Below the pieces are notes generated by a model. The model had not been told where the DNA came from and did not search any database. It saw nothing but the letters and a program-made list of their open reading frames with translations. The position numbers and the translations under genes are program-made. Below, piece by piece: positions 9,630-19,034 of a DNA stretch of 64,000 nt (its first letter is position 1; each line of letters starts with the position of its first letter). This stretch comes from an uncultured virus (IMG/VR IMGVR_UViG_3300037466_004244) (taxonomy: Duplodnaviria; Heunggongvirae; Uroviricota; Caudoviricetes), in the IMG/VR virus record IMGVR_UViG_3300037466_004244, one strand, 5' to 3'.

Positions 9630-9895
9630 AGCGCGACCGGCAATGCCAATGTGGCATATTCGCGGTCGAATGACGACAAGGTATATGACGCCTTGTGCGA
9701 TTCTGTAGCCTCCATTACGCGTCCCGTCGCAAGCGGTGTGCGTTCGGATGTCGCGAGCCCGGTACCAGAATCCGTGCTTCTGGATCGCGGCGGCGCGGAT
9801 TCCGGAATTCCTACCTATCGAATGGTAGGGCGCGACCTAACGACTGGGAGGACATCCGTTGGCCTACCCGCGTCCGATGTGAACAGGTATGGTGC
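9630..9895. promoter_or_regulatory. Divergent intergenic control region with several short inverted repeats
   Basis: Lower GC; ATGCCA-N3-TGGCAT, ACAAGG-N9-CCTTGT, CCTACC-N8-GGTAGG. Confidence 0.5.
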
Positions 9896-9902
9896 TGAAC
9901 AC

Positions 9903-10181
9903 ATGAAGGAGCCGCAGGTGCCCGTGTCCGCCATCACCCCGAAGGAGTCCCTCGCCATCGCCCGCAAGGCCCGGGTCGCGTGGTTCGCCGCCCAGCGTGA
10001 GCGGTCAGCGCCGGCAGACGGCGGCGAGGTCGTGCCGCTGTTCGGCGAGGCCGTGCCGCAGGTCTCGATCGACGACGATCCACGCTTCGTGCTGGTGCGT
10101 GAGAGCATGGAGGCGATGAGTGACCGCGGACGGGACGACGTCGCCCGCTACGTGAACAACCGCCTCAGCCGGGACCGTTAG
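9903..10181 (+). CDS. Small protein, paralog of 48498-48764
   Basis: MKEPQVPVSAITPKE...DDPRFVLVRESMEAMSDRGRDDVARYVNNRL; start uncertain. Confidence 0.7.
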   Translation: MKEPQVPVSAITPKESLAIARKARVAWFAAQRERSAPADGGEVVPLFGEAVPQVSIDDDPRFVLVRESMEAMSDRGRDDVARYVNNRLSRDR

Positions 10182-10635
10182 ACCGGCCGTTCTTCTTCGC
10201 GTTGCCCGCAAGCATCGCCTCGATCCGGGCAAGGCGTTCCTCGACCGTCTCCTCCGGTGCTGCGGATGACGGTGCGCGCTTCGAGAGCCAGACCAGCCAA
10301 CCGCGGGCGAGCTCGTAGTCGTCGCCCTTGAGGTTCTTCAGGCCGCGCGTGGCCTCCGCGAGCAGGTAGACGTCGTCCACCTCGAGGCCGTCGATCGCGT
10401 CGAGGACGGCGCTCTGCTCGTCCGACAGCGCGGGCGTCTCGCTGACCGAGAGCGTCCGGCCGCAGGCGACAAGCCACTTCTGCAGCGTGTCCCTGCCCGG
10501 CGGCTGCTTCCCGCTCTCGATGCGGCTCACGTACCCCTGGTTCACGCCGATCGCGGACGCGAAGTCAGCCTGCGAGGCAAAGCCTGCTTCTTCGCGCATC
10601 TTTCGGAGGGCGGCGCCGCTGATCTGCTGGTCCAC
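10165..10635 (-). CDS. CI-like XRE-family repressor
   Basis: LRKMREEAGFASQADFASAIGVNQGYVSRIESG HTH; divergent from the Cro-like gene; start uncertain (GTG 10635 chosen). Confidence 0.85.
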   Translation of the reverse strand: MDQQISGAALRKMREEAGFASQADFASAIGVNQGYVSRIESGKQPPGRDTLQKWLVACGRTLSVSETPALSDEQSAVLDAIDGLEVDDVYLLAEATRGLKNLKGDDYELARGWLVWLSKRAPSSAAPEETVEERLARIEAMLAGNAKKNGRSNGPG

Positions 10636-10706
10636 GATGAAAGAAGTAGCACCCGGCGTGGAATCGGGGCTTGACGGATAGGCATTGACCGGGTCACTAT
10701 TCCTGC
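10636..10706. promoter_or_regulatory. CI/Cro divergent promoter-operator region
   Basis: TTGACG and TTGACC hexamers and a TGACC-G-GGTCA palindrome between divergent HTH genes. Confidence 0.55.
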
Positions 10707-10970
10707 ATGTCATTGACCGCCTCCTCCGCCTTCGCGCCCGTCGCCACCCGCTGGCGGCGGGACATCACGCAGACCGAGGCCGCCCGTCGCCTCGGGGTGC
10801 ATCAGAGCTACCTGAACAAGATCGAGGCCGGGATCCGGGCCCCCTCCGTGCGCGTGCTCAAGCGCATGAAGGACGTCTACGGGCTCGATGACGCCGAGGT
10901 TCGCACGGCGGTCGACATCCTCGGCGGCGAGTTCGATGACGACGAATCCGATGCTCCGGCGGCCGCCTGA
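10707..10970 (+). CDS. Cro-like XRE HTH protein
   Basis: ITQTEAARRLGVHQSYLNKIEAGIRAPS. Confidence 0.88.
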   Translation: MSLTASSAFAPVATRWRRDITQTEAARRLGVHQSYLNKIEAGIRAPSVRVLKRMKDVYGLDDAEVRTAVDILGGEFDDDESDAPAAA

Positions 10971-11138
10971 ATGCGCCTCCTCAACGACGCTGCCGGCCTC
11001 GCCGCGGTCGTCGTGCTTCTCTCCGCGTTCTTCCTCGCCCCGTACCTCCTCGGGTACGGCTGCGCCCGCCTCGCCTGCGACGAGCCCGTCTACGGCGGGC
11101 CGCGGCTGGGGTGGACGTGCCTCGGCGCGAGGCGCTGA
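10971..11138 (+). CDS. Small membrane protein (55 aa)
   Basis: ATG directly after the cro-like stop; MRLLNDAAGLAAVVVLLSAFFLAPYLLGYGC... (below ORF-track cutoff). Confidence 0.55.
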   Translation: MRLLNDAAGLAAVVVLLSAFFLAPYLLGYGCARLACDEPVYGGPRLGWTCLGARR

Positions 11139-11348
11139 CCCATGAAGGCGCGCCCCACATCCCCCGCCACTCCCGACCGCGTACCGCCGCGGCTCGGAGG
11201 GGGACATGAAGCGCGACCCGGGGGCGTCGGCCCGGGACACATGCGGAAGGTGATGAGCGAGTAGCGGCGGCACGTTTCCAGATTCACCAGTTTGAACGTC
11301 AATTTCCACCCGCGCCGCTTGGCGCAGTGTCAATCGTCCGGAGTTCCC

Positions 11349-11807
11349 ATGCTGAAGGAAGACGCGCTCGCCAAGATCCAGACCGCGATCGTGAACAACA
11401 TCGTCGAGGATTCGGGCGATTCTCTCGACGAGATCGCGAAGAAGATCGACGTCCACGCGAGCCAGATCAGCAACTACAAGAAGGCCGCCCGGCGGATGAA
11501 GCTGGACGAGATCGCGACGTGGATTCTCCGCTACGGCTCCGGCCCGGTCCTCGGCCCCCTCGCGGCCCTCGACGGCTCACGCATCGCTGGCGGCGTCTCC
11601 AACTTCGGGGATGCCGAGGGCGAGGCGGACGAGGTTCAGCGGCTGATGATCCGGCTGTCCGCCCGGATCACGGACGCGCGCGACCCGGACGGGGACGGCG
11701 GCAAGGCGCTGACGGCGGAGGAGCGGTCGGGCCTGCGTCTCGGCTACCGCCGGCTCATCGCGCAGCTTCAGGCGGCGGATGCGGCGCTTGATGGGGAGGC
11801 GGCGTGA
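11349..11807 (+). CDS. CII-like HTH regulator
   Basis: SLDEIAKKIDVHASQISNY HTH; C-terminal DG..LTAEER; position after cro. Confidence 0.65.
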   Translation: MLKEDALAKIQTAIVNNIVEDSGDSLDEIAKKIDVHASQISNYKKAARRMKLDEIATWILRYGSGPVLGPLAALDGSRIAGGVSNFGDAEGEADEVQRLMIRLSARITDARDPDGDGGKALTAEERSGLRLGYRRLIAQLQAADAALDGEAA

Positions 11808-12293
11808 TCCCCCGCTGGCTTCGCACCTGGTTCAAGGGCAACGACACCGGCCTGTCGTCCCGCACGATCGCGTGGATCCTCTCCGGCAACGTGGAGGCCG
11901 GCGAGTGCGCGATGGGATCGTGGGGCTGGTACGCCCCGTCGGACACGAGCGACGTCGGCCGGTGCGTCCGGCTGCTCGACCTCGCCGCCGCCAACGGCGA
12001 GGACTGGCGCGCCCGGCTCGGTGAGGTGGCGGCGGTCGCGAAGGTGTGGCGCCCGCTGGCGCCCGCTGGTGCCGCGCTGGGCCGACATCGAAGTGGCATA
12101 CCGCTGGGATGTCGAGGCGCAGACGGCGCACCGAGCGGCGTCGTTCGTGTCGCCGAAGGGTCGCCGACTGAGCCGGGCGCGGAAGGACATCCCGTTTCCA
12201 CCGTCGCACTGCTGGCACATCGTCTCGATGCTGACCGATCGGCATGACCCCTACGCCGGGCGTGACGTGCCGTGGCAGCGGGAGGTGGCCTGA
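11804..12293 (+). pseudogene. Phage hypothetical gene frameshifted by a 10-bp tandem duplication
   Basis: TGGCGCCCGC x2 at 12047-12066; removing one unit joins ORF 11804.. to ORF ..12293 (KVWRPLVPRWADIE). Confidence 0.75.
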
Positions 12294-12439
12294 TGCACTG
12301 GAACGACGCCTGCACCGACATCCCCGTCGGCGCGATCCCCAAGAAGTTCGTCCCGCGGCCGATCCCGACTCCGCCCCCGCCTCCCGCGTCCGGATTGAGC
12401 GCGGTCGAGGCGGGGGCCTCCCCCTCGGGTGCCCGATGA
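12293..12439 (+). CDS. Small Pro-rich hypothetical protein
   Basis: GGAGG RBS; coupled on both sides. Confidence 0.45.
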   Translation: MHWNDACTDIPVGAIPKKFVPRPIPTPPPPPASGLSAVEAGASPSGAR

Positions 12440-12945
12440 ACGGCCTCACTGTCGAGATCCGCCTCCCCGTGTGGCTTCGCGGCACCAACGCCGATGGCTC
12501 GCCCTACGCGCCGACGTCGCCGTTCGCCGCCTACGCGAGCCACATCGGCGACTACATGCGCCGATGGATCGTCCAGACCCCGTGGGGCACGCTGCGCCTC
12601 CACAACATCCGCCGTCCCGACGCCGGCACGGCGCCCCACGATCACGCCTGGGACTTCGCGAGCCTGATCCTCCGGGGCGGGTACTCGGAGCAGCGCTACC
12701 ACCGCGACTACCGGACGCGTGACGGGCGGATCCACCCGTGGGCCTCAACGCTGGAGGAGCACCGCGCAGGCAACGTCGTCCAGCGCCACGCCGAGGATCT
12801 CCACCTCATCACGCGCGTCGAGCCGGGGACGTGGACGCTGGTTGTCACGGGCCCGAAGCGGCGGTCCTGGGGCTTTCGGGTGTTCGACTTCAGCGGCTCG
12901 CGCTGGGTGCCGTGGCGTGAGTTCGTGAAGAGGGGTGCCGCTTGA
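12436..12945 (+). CDS. Cupin-fold (cysteine dioxygenase-like) phage protein
   Basis: LHNIRRPD..PHDHAWDFASLILRGGYSE...H...WTLVVTGPKRRSWGF. Confidence 0.8.
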   Translation: MNGLTVEIRLPVWLRGTNADGSPYAPTSPFAAYASHIGDYMRRWIVQTPWGTLRLHNIRRPDAGTAPHDHAWDFASLILRGGYSEQRYHRDYRTRDGRIHPWASTLEEHRAGNVVQRHAEDLHLITRVEPGTWTLVVTGPKRRSWGFRVFDFSGSRWVPWREFVKRGAA

Positions 12946-13490
12946 GCGCGCTCCTCCTCGGCCTGACCGGCCGCAAGGGCTCCGGCAAGGACACCGTCGC
13001 GGAGATCCTGCGTCGCGAGCACGGCTTCCACACGCTGGCGTTCGCCGACCCGCTCAAGGCCGCGGCCCGCGACTGGTACGGGCTCTCGCGCGAGCAGACC
13101 GATGGCCCGCTGGCGGTGAAGGAGGCGGTGGACGAGCGCTGGGGGCTCTCCCCGCGCGAGATCATGCAGCGCCTCGGGACGGAGGTCGGCCGCTCGATCC
13201 ACCGCGAGACGTGGACCCGCTACGCGATGCGCCGGATCGACGCAGCACCCGGCAACTGGGCGATCACCGACTGCCGCTTCCCCAACGAGGCCAGCGTCAT
13301 CGTGTTCCGCGGCGGATTCGTGGTGCGCATCGACCGTCCCGGGTTCGGGACTGGGCTCCACGAGGGGCACGCGTCCGAGCGTGGCGTCGACGAGATCCGG
13401 CCCGACGCCGTGCTGCTCAACGACGGAACGCTCGACACGCTGGCGACGCGGGTCGCGGCGCTCGTGCGGGCGTTGAGGAGGTCCGCATGA
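12942..13490 (+). CDS. Deoxynucleoside monophosphate kinase
   Basis: GLTGRKGSGKDT, FADPLK, REIMQRLGTE, ITDCRFPNE, HASE. Confidence 0.9.
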   Translation: MSALLLGLTGRKGSGKDTVAEILRREHGFHTLAFADPLKAAARDWYGLSREQTDGPLAVKEAVDERWGLSPREIMQRLGTEVGRSIHRETWTRYAMRRIDAAPGNWAITDCRFPNEASVIVFRGGFVVRIDRPGFGTGLHEGHASERGVDEIRPDAVLLNDGTLDTLATRVAALVRALRRSA

Positions 13491-14095
13491 TCCTCTTCCG
13501 CTCCCCCCTGATCGTGCTCGACACCGAGACGACGGGCCTCCTTCACCACCCCTGGGCCCGCGTGGTCGATCTCGCCGCCGTGCTGCTCGACACCAGCGGC
13601 GAGATCGTCTCGACGTTCTCGACGTTCGTGGAGCCCGGCCCTCTCGACAGCCGGGCCGACGAGGCGCTGGCGATCAACCACATCACGCGGAAGATGTTGC
13701 TCGGCGCACCCTCTCCGGAGGCGGCGTGCGACGCCTTCTACCGCTGGGCCGAGCCGCACGAATTCGTGACCTCGTTCAACGTCGCGTTCGACCGCGCGAT
13801 GTGCGGGCGCATGGGGCTCGTGGACATGCGGTGGGCCAACTGCATCATGGTCCGCGCCGCGCACATCATGGGGCCGCTCGGGCTCTTGGAGGCCGCCGAC
13901 CCGTCGCATCCGCGGTACCGGCCGGACCTGCCGTGGCTGTTCCCGCGGCTGGCGCGAGCGGCAGAGGTGTTCGGGGTCGAGGTCGAGGGCGTCCCCCATC
14001 GGGCGCTGACGGGCGCCACGACGGCGGCGCGGATCGCGGTGGAGATCCGGAGGCGTGAGGTGGTCGAGGCGATTCCGGTGAGGGGAGCGGCATGA
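13487..14095 (+). CDS. DEDDh 3'-5' exonuclease (DnaQ-like)
   Basis: VLDTETTGL, FNVAFD, HRAL(TG); ExoIII Asp appears replaced by Gly. Confidence 0.85.
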   Translation: MILFRSPLIVLDTETTGLLHHPWARVVDLAAVLLDTSGEIVSTFSTFVEPGPLDSRADEALAINHITRKMLLGAPSPEAACDAFYRWAEPHEFVTSFNVAFDRAMCGRMGLVDMRWANCIMVRAAHIMGPLGLLEAADPSHPRYRPDLPWLFPRLARAAEVFGVEVEGVPHRALTGATTAARIAVEIRRREVVEAIPVRGAA

Positions 14096-14856
14096 GTCCC
14101 CAACTCGCGCTCCTGGCGGCCCCGCGCCCGCCCACCGTGCCGAGCATCGACCTTCGCTGCTGCGACGTTGCCGAGGTGATCGGCTCGCTTGCCGGTGCAT
14201 CGATCGATCTCGTGTTCAGCGATCCCCCGTGGGAGTACGACCAACGCGTCGGCGGGAATGGCCCCCATGTCAGCGAGCACTACGCCTGCCTGCCGACCGC
14301 GACGATCGTGGCGCACCTCGCCGCGGCTCATCGCCTCGTGCGGGCTGGTGGCCGGTGCGTGTTGTGGACGACGCATTCACAACTTCCCGGGCTGACACGG
14401 TTCGTGACCTACGAGCCAGACGGCACAGCATGGCTCGCCGGCTGGCGGTGGGCGACCGGCGGGACGTGGGCAAAGGTGGACGAGGACGGCGCTCCTGGGG
14501 GCCGGGGCGCGCCCGGAATCGGCTACCACTGTCTGTCCTCCGAATCTGAGGTCTGGCTGCTCCTGCTCGGGCCGGGCCCGCATGCACGGAGCAACGTCGC
14601 CGGATGCCGCGTCCACCCCCGACACCGCGGGCGCGGGGAGGAGCACTCCGAGAAGCCGATCGCCTACCAGCGCGAGATGGTTCAGGGATGGTGCCCAGAG
14701 GATGGACGCGTTCTCGATCTCTACGCGGGTTTGGGCAGCGTTGCCCGCGCCTGCGCGCTGGAGGGCCGCGCGTACGTCGGCGCAGAGATTGACCCGGAGC
14801 GCCACGCCCGTGCGCTGGAACGGCTGGCGATGGCGGTTTCGCGAGGTGCCGCATGA
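14092..14856 (+). CDS. DNA N6-adenine/N4-cytosine methyltransferase (beta order)
   Basis: SDPPW catalytic motif, HSEKP, VLDLYAGLGS SAM motif, GAEID. Confidence 0.9.
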   Translation: MSPQLALLAAPRPPTVPSIDLRCCDVAEVIGSLAGASIDLVFSDPPWEYDQRVGGNGPHVSEHYACLPTATIVAHLAAAHRLVRAGGRCVLWTTHSQLPGLTRFVTYEPDGTAWLAGWRWATGGTWAKVDEDGAPGGRGAPGIGYHCLSSESEVWLLLLGPGPHARSNVAGCRVHPRHRGRGEEHSEKPIAYQREMVQGWCPEDGRVLDLYAGLGSVARACALEGRAYVGAEIDPERHARALERLAMAVSRGAA

Positions 14857-15149
14857 TCTTCCCCGACGACGACACCCCGACCCCCGCGGTCCACGTCCCC
14901 GCCGCGCTCCGGGTCTACGCCGGTCTTTCGCCCGTGGCGTGTATGCGGCCGAGCCCGCTGCGCGCTGAGATCGTCCACAAGTCCGTCCGGCCGCACCGGC
15001 CGAACAGCCCCGTGATGGCGTTCGAGCACCTGCTGGGCAAGGTCCAGGACAAGGAGATCGCCGCGATGGCGGGCGTCTCGTCTGGGATGGTCCGCAAGGT
15101 GCGGCGGCTGCTCGGGGTGCCGGCGTGTCCGGCGGCGAGGCGGGCGTGA
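14853..15149 (+). CDS. Small HTH-like protein
   Basis: LLGKVQDKEIAAMAGVSSGMVRKVRRLLGV. Confidence 0.7.
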   Translation: MIFPDDDTPTPAVHVPAALRVYAGLSPVACMRPSPLRAEIVHKSVRPHRPNSPVMAFEHLLGKVQDKEIAAMAGVSSGMVRKVRRLLGVPACPAARRA

Positions 15150-15427
15150 ACGAGCGCCGTCGCCACATCCTGCGCTGCCTGCGTCGCGAGCCGGGGTCCA
15201 CCATCGACGAGATCGCGCGGTTCGCGGGCGCCGATGTGCGCCACACCCAGTGGACGCTGGAGGCAATGCGGGCGCGCGGGCTCGTCTGGAACCGCGGCAA
15301 GAGCTGGTTCTGTGGGCTGCCGTCGTTCCAATCGGCGCGCACGTCGAAGGGCGGTCGGCGGCGGGGCGGGATCTCGGCGTGGCTGGACCAGCGGACGGCG
15401 GCGGTCGAGCCGACGGAGGCCGCGTGA
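15146..15427 (+). CDS. Winged-helix protein
   Basis: ILRCLRREPGSTIDEIARFAG...LEAMRARGLV. Confidence 0.7.
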   Translation: MNERRRHILRCLRREPGSTIDEIARFAGADVRHTQWTLEAMRARGLVWNRGKSWFCGLPSFQSARTSKGGRRRGGISAWLDQRTAAVEPTEAA

Positions 15428-15583
15428 CCTGCCCCCGCTCCTGCACCCGCCTCGACCGCTGGCGCTGCTGCTCGCTGTTCACCGAGACGCCGTTCCGGCG
15501 CGAGCTGGAGCAGCTTCCGTTGGTTGGAGACCGATCGTGAACCCGACGCCCGGCGGAATCCGGGCAACCAACCGAGAGAACCC

Positions 15584-16345
15584 ATGACCGCCGAACGAAT
15601 GACCGTCACCATCGATTGCGATCGGGCTGTGCCGATCCTCAACCGTGCCGCCGAGATCCTGCGGAACGGGGGCGACGAACACCCCGCCGCGCAGGCCGTC
15701 CGTGCCGCCCTGCTCAACCCCGACGACTGGCGCGACGAGGATGCGCCGTGCACCTCGGCCGCCGCGCGCAAGGCGCTGGCCAACGTGCTCGACCTCTCCG
15801 AGAGCTACCTTCCGGCGTCGGCGCTCGCGACGGTCAACGACTGCGACGTGGCGCCGATGATCGAGATGCTCGTGCACGAGTGCACCGAGATCGACATCGC
15901 GGACAAGGACCTCGACCGCATCGAGATCGTGTGGCGAGTGAAGGCGGGTTCCTCGCTCGGCGCCGTGGTGCTCGGGACCTGCAAGCCCGTCGGAAAGCGG
16001 GAGCGCGAGGCGTGGCGCGGGGAGGGCCGGGCGCCGTTCTGGCGGCTGACGCTCGGGCTCGACACCTGGCTCCTGATGACGCCGGAGCAGCGGTGGCGGC
16101 TGCTGCACCACGAGCTGATGCACGCCACCTACAAGGGTGACGCGCCGTCGGGCCGCATGCACGACATCGAGGAGTTCGCCGCCACCGTCGCCCGGTACGG
16201 CTTCCTCGGCGAGATGCAGGCGAAGTTCGTCGGTCAGGCGATGGGGCGTGACACGATCGCGGCGGATCTCGCCGAGTTCGAGGTGGACGCCACGACGGGG
16301 CAGGGGCTCCTGTTCGGAACCGATCTGCGGCCGGTGGGCTGGTAG
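15584..16345 (+). CDS. Phage putative metallopeptidase-domain protein
   Basis: LLHHELMH (HExxH) and HDIEEF..VARYG. Confidence 0.8.
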   Translation: MTAERMTVTIDCDRAVPILNRAAEILRNGGDEHPAAQAVRAALLNPDDWRDEDAPCTSAAARKALANVLDLSESYLPASALATVNDCDVAPMIEMLVHECTEIDIADKDLDRIEIVWRVKAGSSLGAVVLGTCKPVGKREREAWRGEGRAPFWRLTLGLDTWLLMTPEQRWRLLHHELMHATYKGDAPSGRMHDIEEFAATVARYGFLGEMQAKFVGQAMGRDTIAADLAEFEVDATTGQGLLFGTDLRPVGW

Positions 16346-16456
16346 TCCCATGACCTGGCCCCACGTCCGCGCTCAACTCCTGCAGATCCGCGCGCTCCAG
16401 ACTCGGCTCGGGATTGCGTCGGCGGCCGGGTGGCGGGCCATCGGGCAGGGGGTTCG

Positions 16457-16939
16457 ATGAGCCGCGCGAAGGCCAACGGCGATGCGCTCGAGCACGACCT
16501 CGAGCGCTTCCACCTGACGCTCTCGGATTGGGTCGTGCGCCGGCAGCACCCGGAGTTCGTCCGCACGCCGAAGGGCTGGACGCCGCGGCAGAACCACGGG
16601 GGGCCGCCGGACTTCGGGGCGTGGCATCCCGCGTTCGGGTGGGTGGAGTTCGACGCGAAGAGCCGGGATGCGGATCGGTGGGAAGTCAGCCTGCTTGAGC
16701 CTCACCAGCACGCACGCCTCAAGCAGACCCACACGCGCGGGGGGATCGCGGGGATCTACCTGCGGCTGCGGACGGGGGACTTCTGGGTGCGGTTCGAGAC
16801 ACTGACGGTGCCGTGGTCGGCGTGGTGGGACCGCCAATGCAACGGGACGCCGACCCTCTCGGCGGCAGACGGCATCCCTGTCGTCGGCATGGACTGGACG
16901 GCGATTGTCGCGACGCTCGCGACGAGGAGGGCGGCATGA
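16457..16939 (+). CDS. RecU-like Holliday junction resolvase
   Basis: GDALE, PPDFG...EFDAKS...LEPHQ. Confidence 0.75.
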   Translation: MSRAKANGDALEHDLERFHLTLSDWVVRRQHPEFVRTPKGWTPRQNHGGPPDFGAWHPAFGWVEFDAKSRDADRWEVSLLEPHQHARLKQTHTRGGIAGIYLRLRTGDFWVRFETLTVPWSAWWDRQCNGTPTLSAADGIPVVGMDWTAIVATLATRRAA

Positions 16940-18783
16940 CGACTCCACACACGGACGTTCTGGTACCGCTCCCCGCCGGCATGGCTCCGCTGCAGTGGCA
17001 GATCGACTCGACGCTGGCTCTGCGTGGCACGTACCACCAGTACCGCAACACCCTGATCGCCGGAGCCACCGGGGTGGGGAAGGGGACGTGGCTCGCATCG
17101 ATGCTGGTGAAGCTTGCTCGGCGCGGCAAGCGGGCGCTGTTCGTGGTCAACCGCGGGGAGCTCCTCGACGACGTGCTCGCGCGGGCCCGTGCCATCGACC
17201 CGTTGCTCCCGTACGGCGTCGTGAAGTCGACGAAGGACGACCCGACGGCGCCGATCGTGTTCGCCGGCTCGGCGACCATCGCCAACGTCAAGCGGGCGCA
17301 CGCAATCGGTCGGGTCGACCATCTCTTCTGGGATGAGGTGCACCACCTGCCGGCGGCCGGCGGGAAGCGGGTGCTCGACGTCATCCGTGGCAACAGCCCG
17401 GACCTGCGCGTCACGGGAACGACGGCGACCGCGTTCCGGTCTGCAGGCGGCGGGCGCACGACGGGGCTCGGCGAGTTCTTCGAGGCGGTCATCGCCGAGT
17501 ATCCGCTTGCCCAAGCCCAAAGGGACGGCGTGCTCTGTCCGCTCCGGGGGCTTGCGCTTCCTCCTGTGTGGAAGGGGGACGCTGACGACAGCACGATCGC
17601 CGCCGCGCTCGACAGCGACGACCACAACGAGCACGTCGTTCGGAAGCACCTCGAGCACGGGCGTGGCCGGGCGGTGGTGTTCTGCACGACGGTCGGGCAC
17701 GCGGTCCGGCTGGCCGCCGAGTTCAGGAAAGCCGGCATCAAAGCCGAAGCCGTGTGGGAGGACTCGAAGAAGGAGGGGAAGTGCCCCGATCGCGCGGGCC
17801 GGATCGCGGCTTCACTGTCGGGCGATCTCGAAGTGCTGACGAACGTCGGTCTGCTCGCAGAGGGCTGGAACAACCCAGCGATCTCGGTGGTACACATCGT
17901 CCGCACCACGGGATCGCTGGGGCTCTTCTGCCAGATGGTCGGGCGGGCGACGCGGTTGCACCCGACGAAGCCGGACGGCGGGCTGATCCTCGACTACGGC
18001 GGCAATTGCGACCGGCTCAACCTCGCGTCGCCGGCCGATCTCACGGTGCCCGCACATCGGCGGCCCCGGATCGAGGTGGGCGCTGTCGTGCGCCACCGCC
18101 GCATCAGCAAGCTTGCGGAGGGTGTGGTCGAGGAGATCCGCCAACTCGACATGCAACAGGGGCTGGTCAACTGGCGCGGCTACGACCCCGACTGGCACGA
18201 TCTCGACGACCTCGTGTTCCTGCGTGACGGACGTACCTCCGAGCCGCTGAAGCTCTGCGCAGGGATCGCGGGGCTGCGCGAGTACGAGGTGGCGCTGGTC
18301 CGCGAGGCGCCGGACGTGGGGTTCTACGTCTATGACAAGACGTGGACGGCGTCGGCTTCTCACGACGGCGGACGGGTGCGGTACCACATCCGGAAGACGG
18401 AGAAGTGGGACGTCTGGCTGATCCGGGTCGGCTCGGGCCGTGGCTCCGATCGCCTCGCCGACACTGCGGCCCAACTCTTCACCGGCCTCGGGACGCCCGA
18501 GGACGGGATGCGTGCCGCCGTCTCGCACATGAAGGCCGAGGGCTACACCGTCCAGCCGTTCGACACCGACTGGCGCAAGAACCCCTGCAGCGAGAAGCAG
18601 CGGAACTACCTCAAGTCGCTGGGGATCCGGCGCGACCTCTCCGAGACGTCGGCGGGCGAGGCGAGCGCGATGATCGATGCGATGGCCGCTCGTCGGCTCG
18701 TCGGCGACATCCTCGATCCGGTGAAGGCGGCGAACCGGGAGCGGGCACGGGCGATCTACCGCCAGCGGAACCGTGCCGCATGA
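16936..18783 (+). CDS. SF2 (DEAD/DEAH-like) helicase
   Basis: ATGVGKG, DEVHH, TATAFR, LAEGWN, QMVGRATR. Confidence 0.92.
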   Translation: MTTPHTDVLVPLPAGMAPLQWQIDSTLALRGTYHQYRNTLIAGATGVGKGTWLASMLVKLARRGKRALFVVNRGELLDDVLARARAIDPLLPYGVVKSTKDDPTAPIVFAGSATIANVKRAHAIGRVDHLFWDEVHHLPAAGGKRVLDVIRGNSPDLRVTGTTATAFRSAGGGRTTGLGEFFEAVIAEYPLAQAQRDGVLCPLRGLALPPVWKGDADDSTIAAALDSDDHNEHVVRKHLEHGRGRAVVFCTTVGHAVRLAAEFRKAGIKAEAVWEDSKKEGKCPDRAGRIAASLSGDLEVLTNVGLLAEGWNNPAISVVHIVRTTGSLGLFCQMVGRATRLHPTKPDGGLILDYGGNCDRLNLASPADLTVPAHRRPRIEVGAVVRHRRISKLAEGVVEEIRQLDMQQGLVNWRGYDPDWHDLDDLVFLRDGRTSEPLKLCAGIAGLREYEVALVREAPDVGFYVYDKTWTASASHDGGRVRYHIRKTEKWDVWLIRVGSGRGSDRLADTAAQLFTGLGTPEDGMRAAVSHMKAEGYTVQPFDTDWRKNPCSEKQRNYLKSLGIRRDLSETSAGEASAMIDAMAARRLVGDILDPVKAANRERARAIYRQRNRAA

Positions 18784-19034
18784 CCTGGCACCTCACCACC
18801 TGCCTCCCCAACGGCTACACCGAGTACGAGGCGACGCGGGGCGAAGTCGTCTACGTCGTCGCGACGTCGCCGGTCGACCTCGAGCCGGGGCAGACCACGT
18901 TCTCCGGCAACTGCTGGTGCCAGCGCAAGCGGGCGTTCGGTGATGCGGGGTGGACGCGGCTCGACGCGACGTTTTCGACGGCGGAGGAGGCGGGGGTTCG
19001 GGACGTCGGGGCGAAGCGGCGGAGGGCGGCGTGA
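18780..19034 (+). CDS. Hypothetical protein
   Basis: ATGA and GTGA overlaps on both sides. Confidence 0.6.
   Translation: MTWHLTTCLPNGYTEYEATRGEVVYVVATSPVDLEPGQTTFSGNCWCQRKRAFGDAGWTRLDATFSTAEEAGVRDVGAKRRRAA

Noticed and set aside
14092..14856. Complete restriction-modification system with the HsdR-N gene
   Set aside because: Genes are 35 kb apart in different modules; orphan phage methyltransferases are common and no specificity subunit is present
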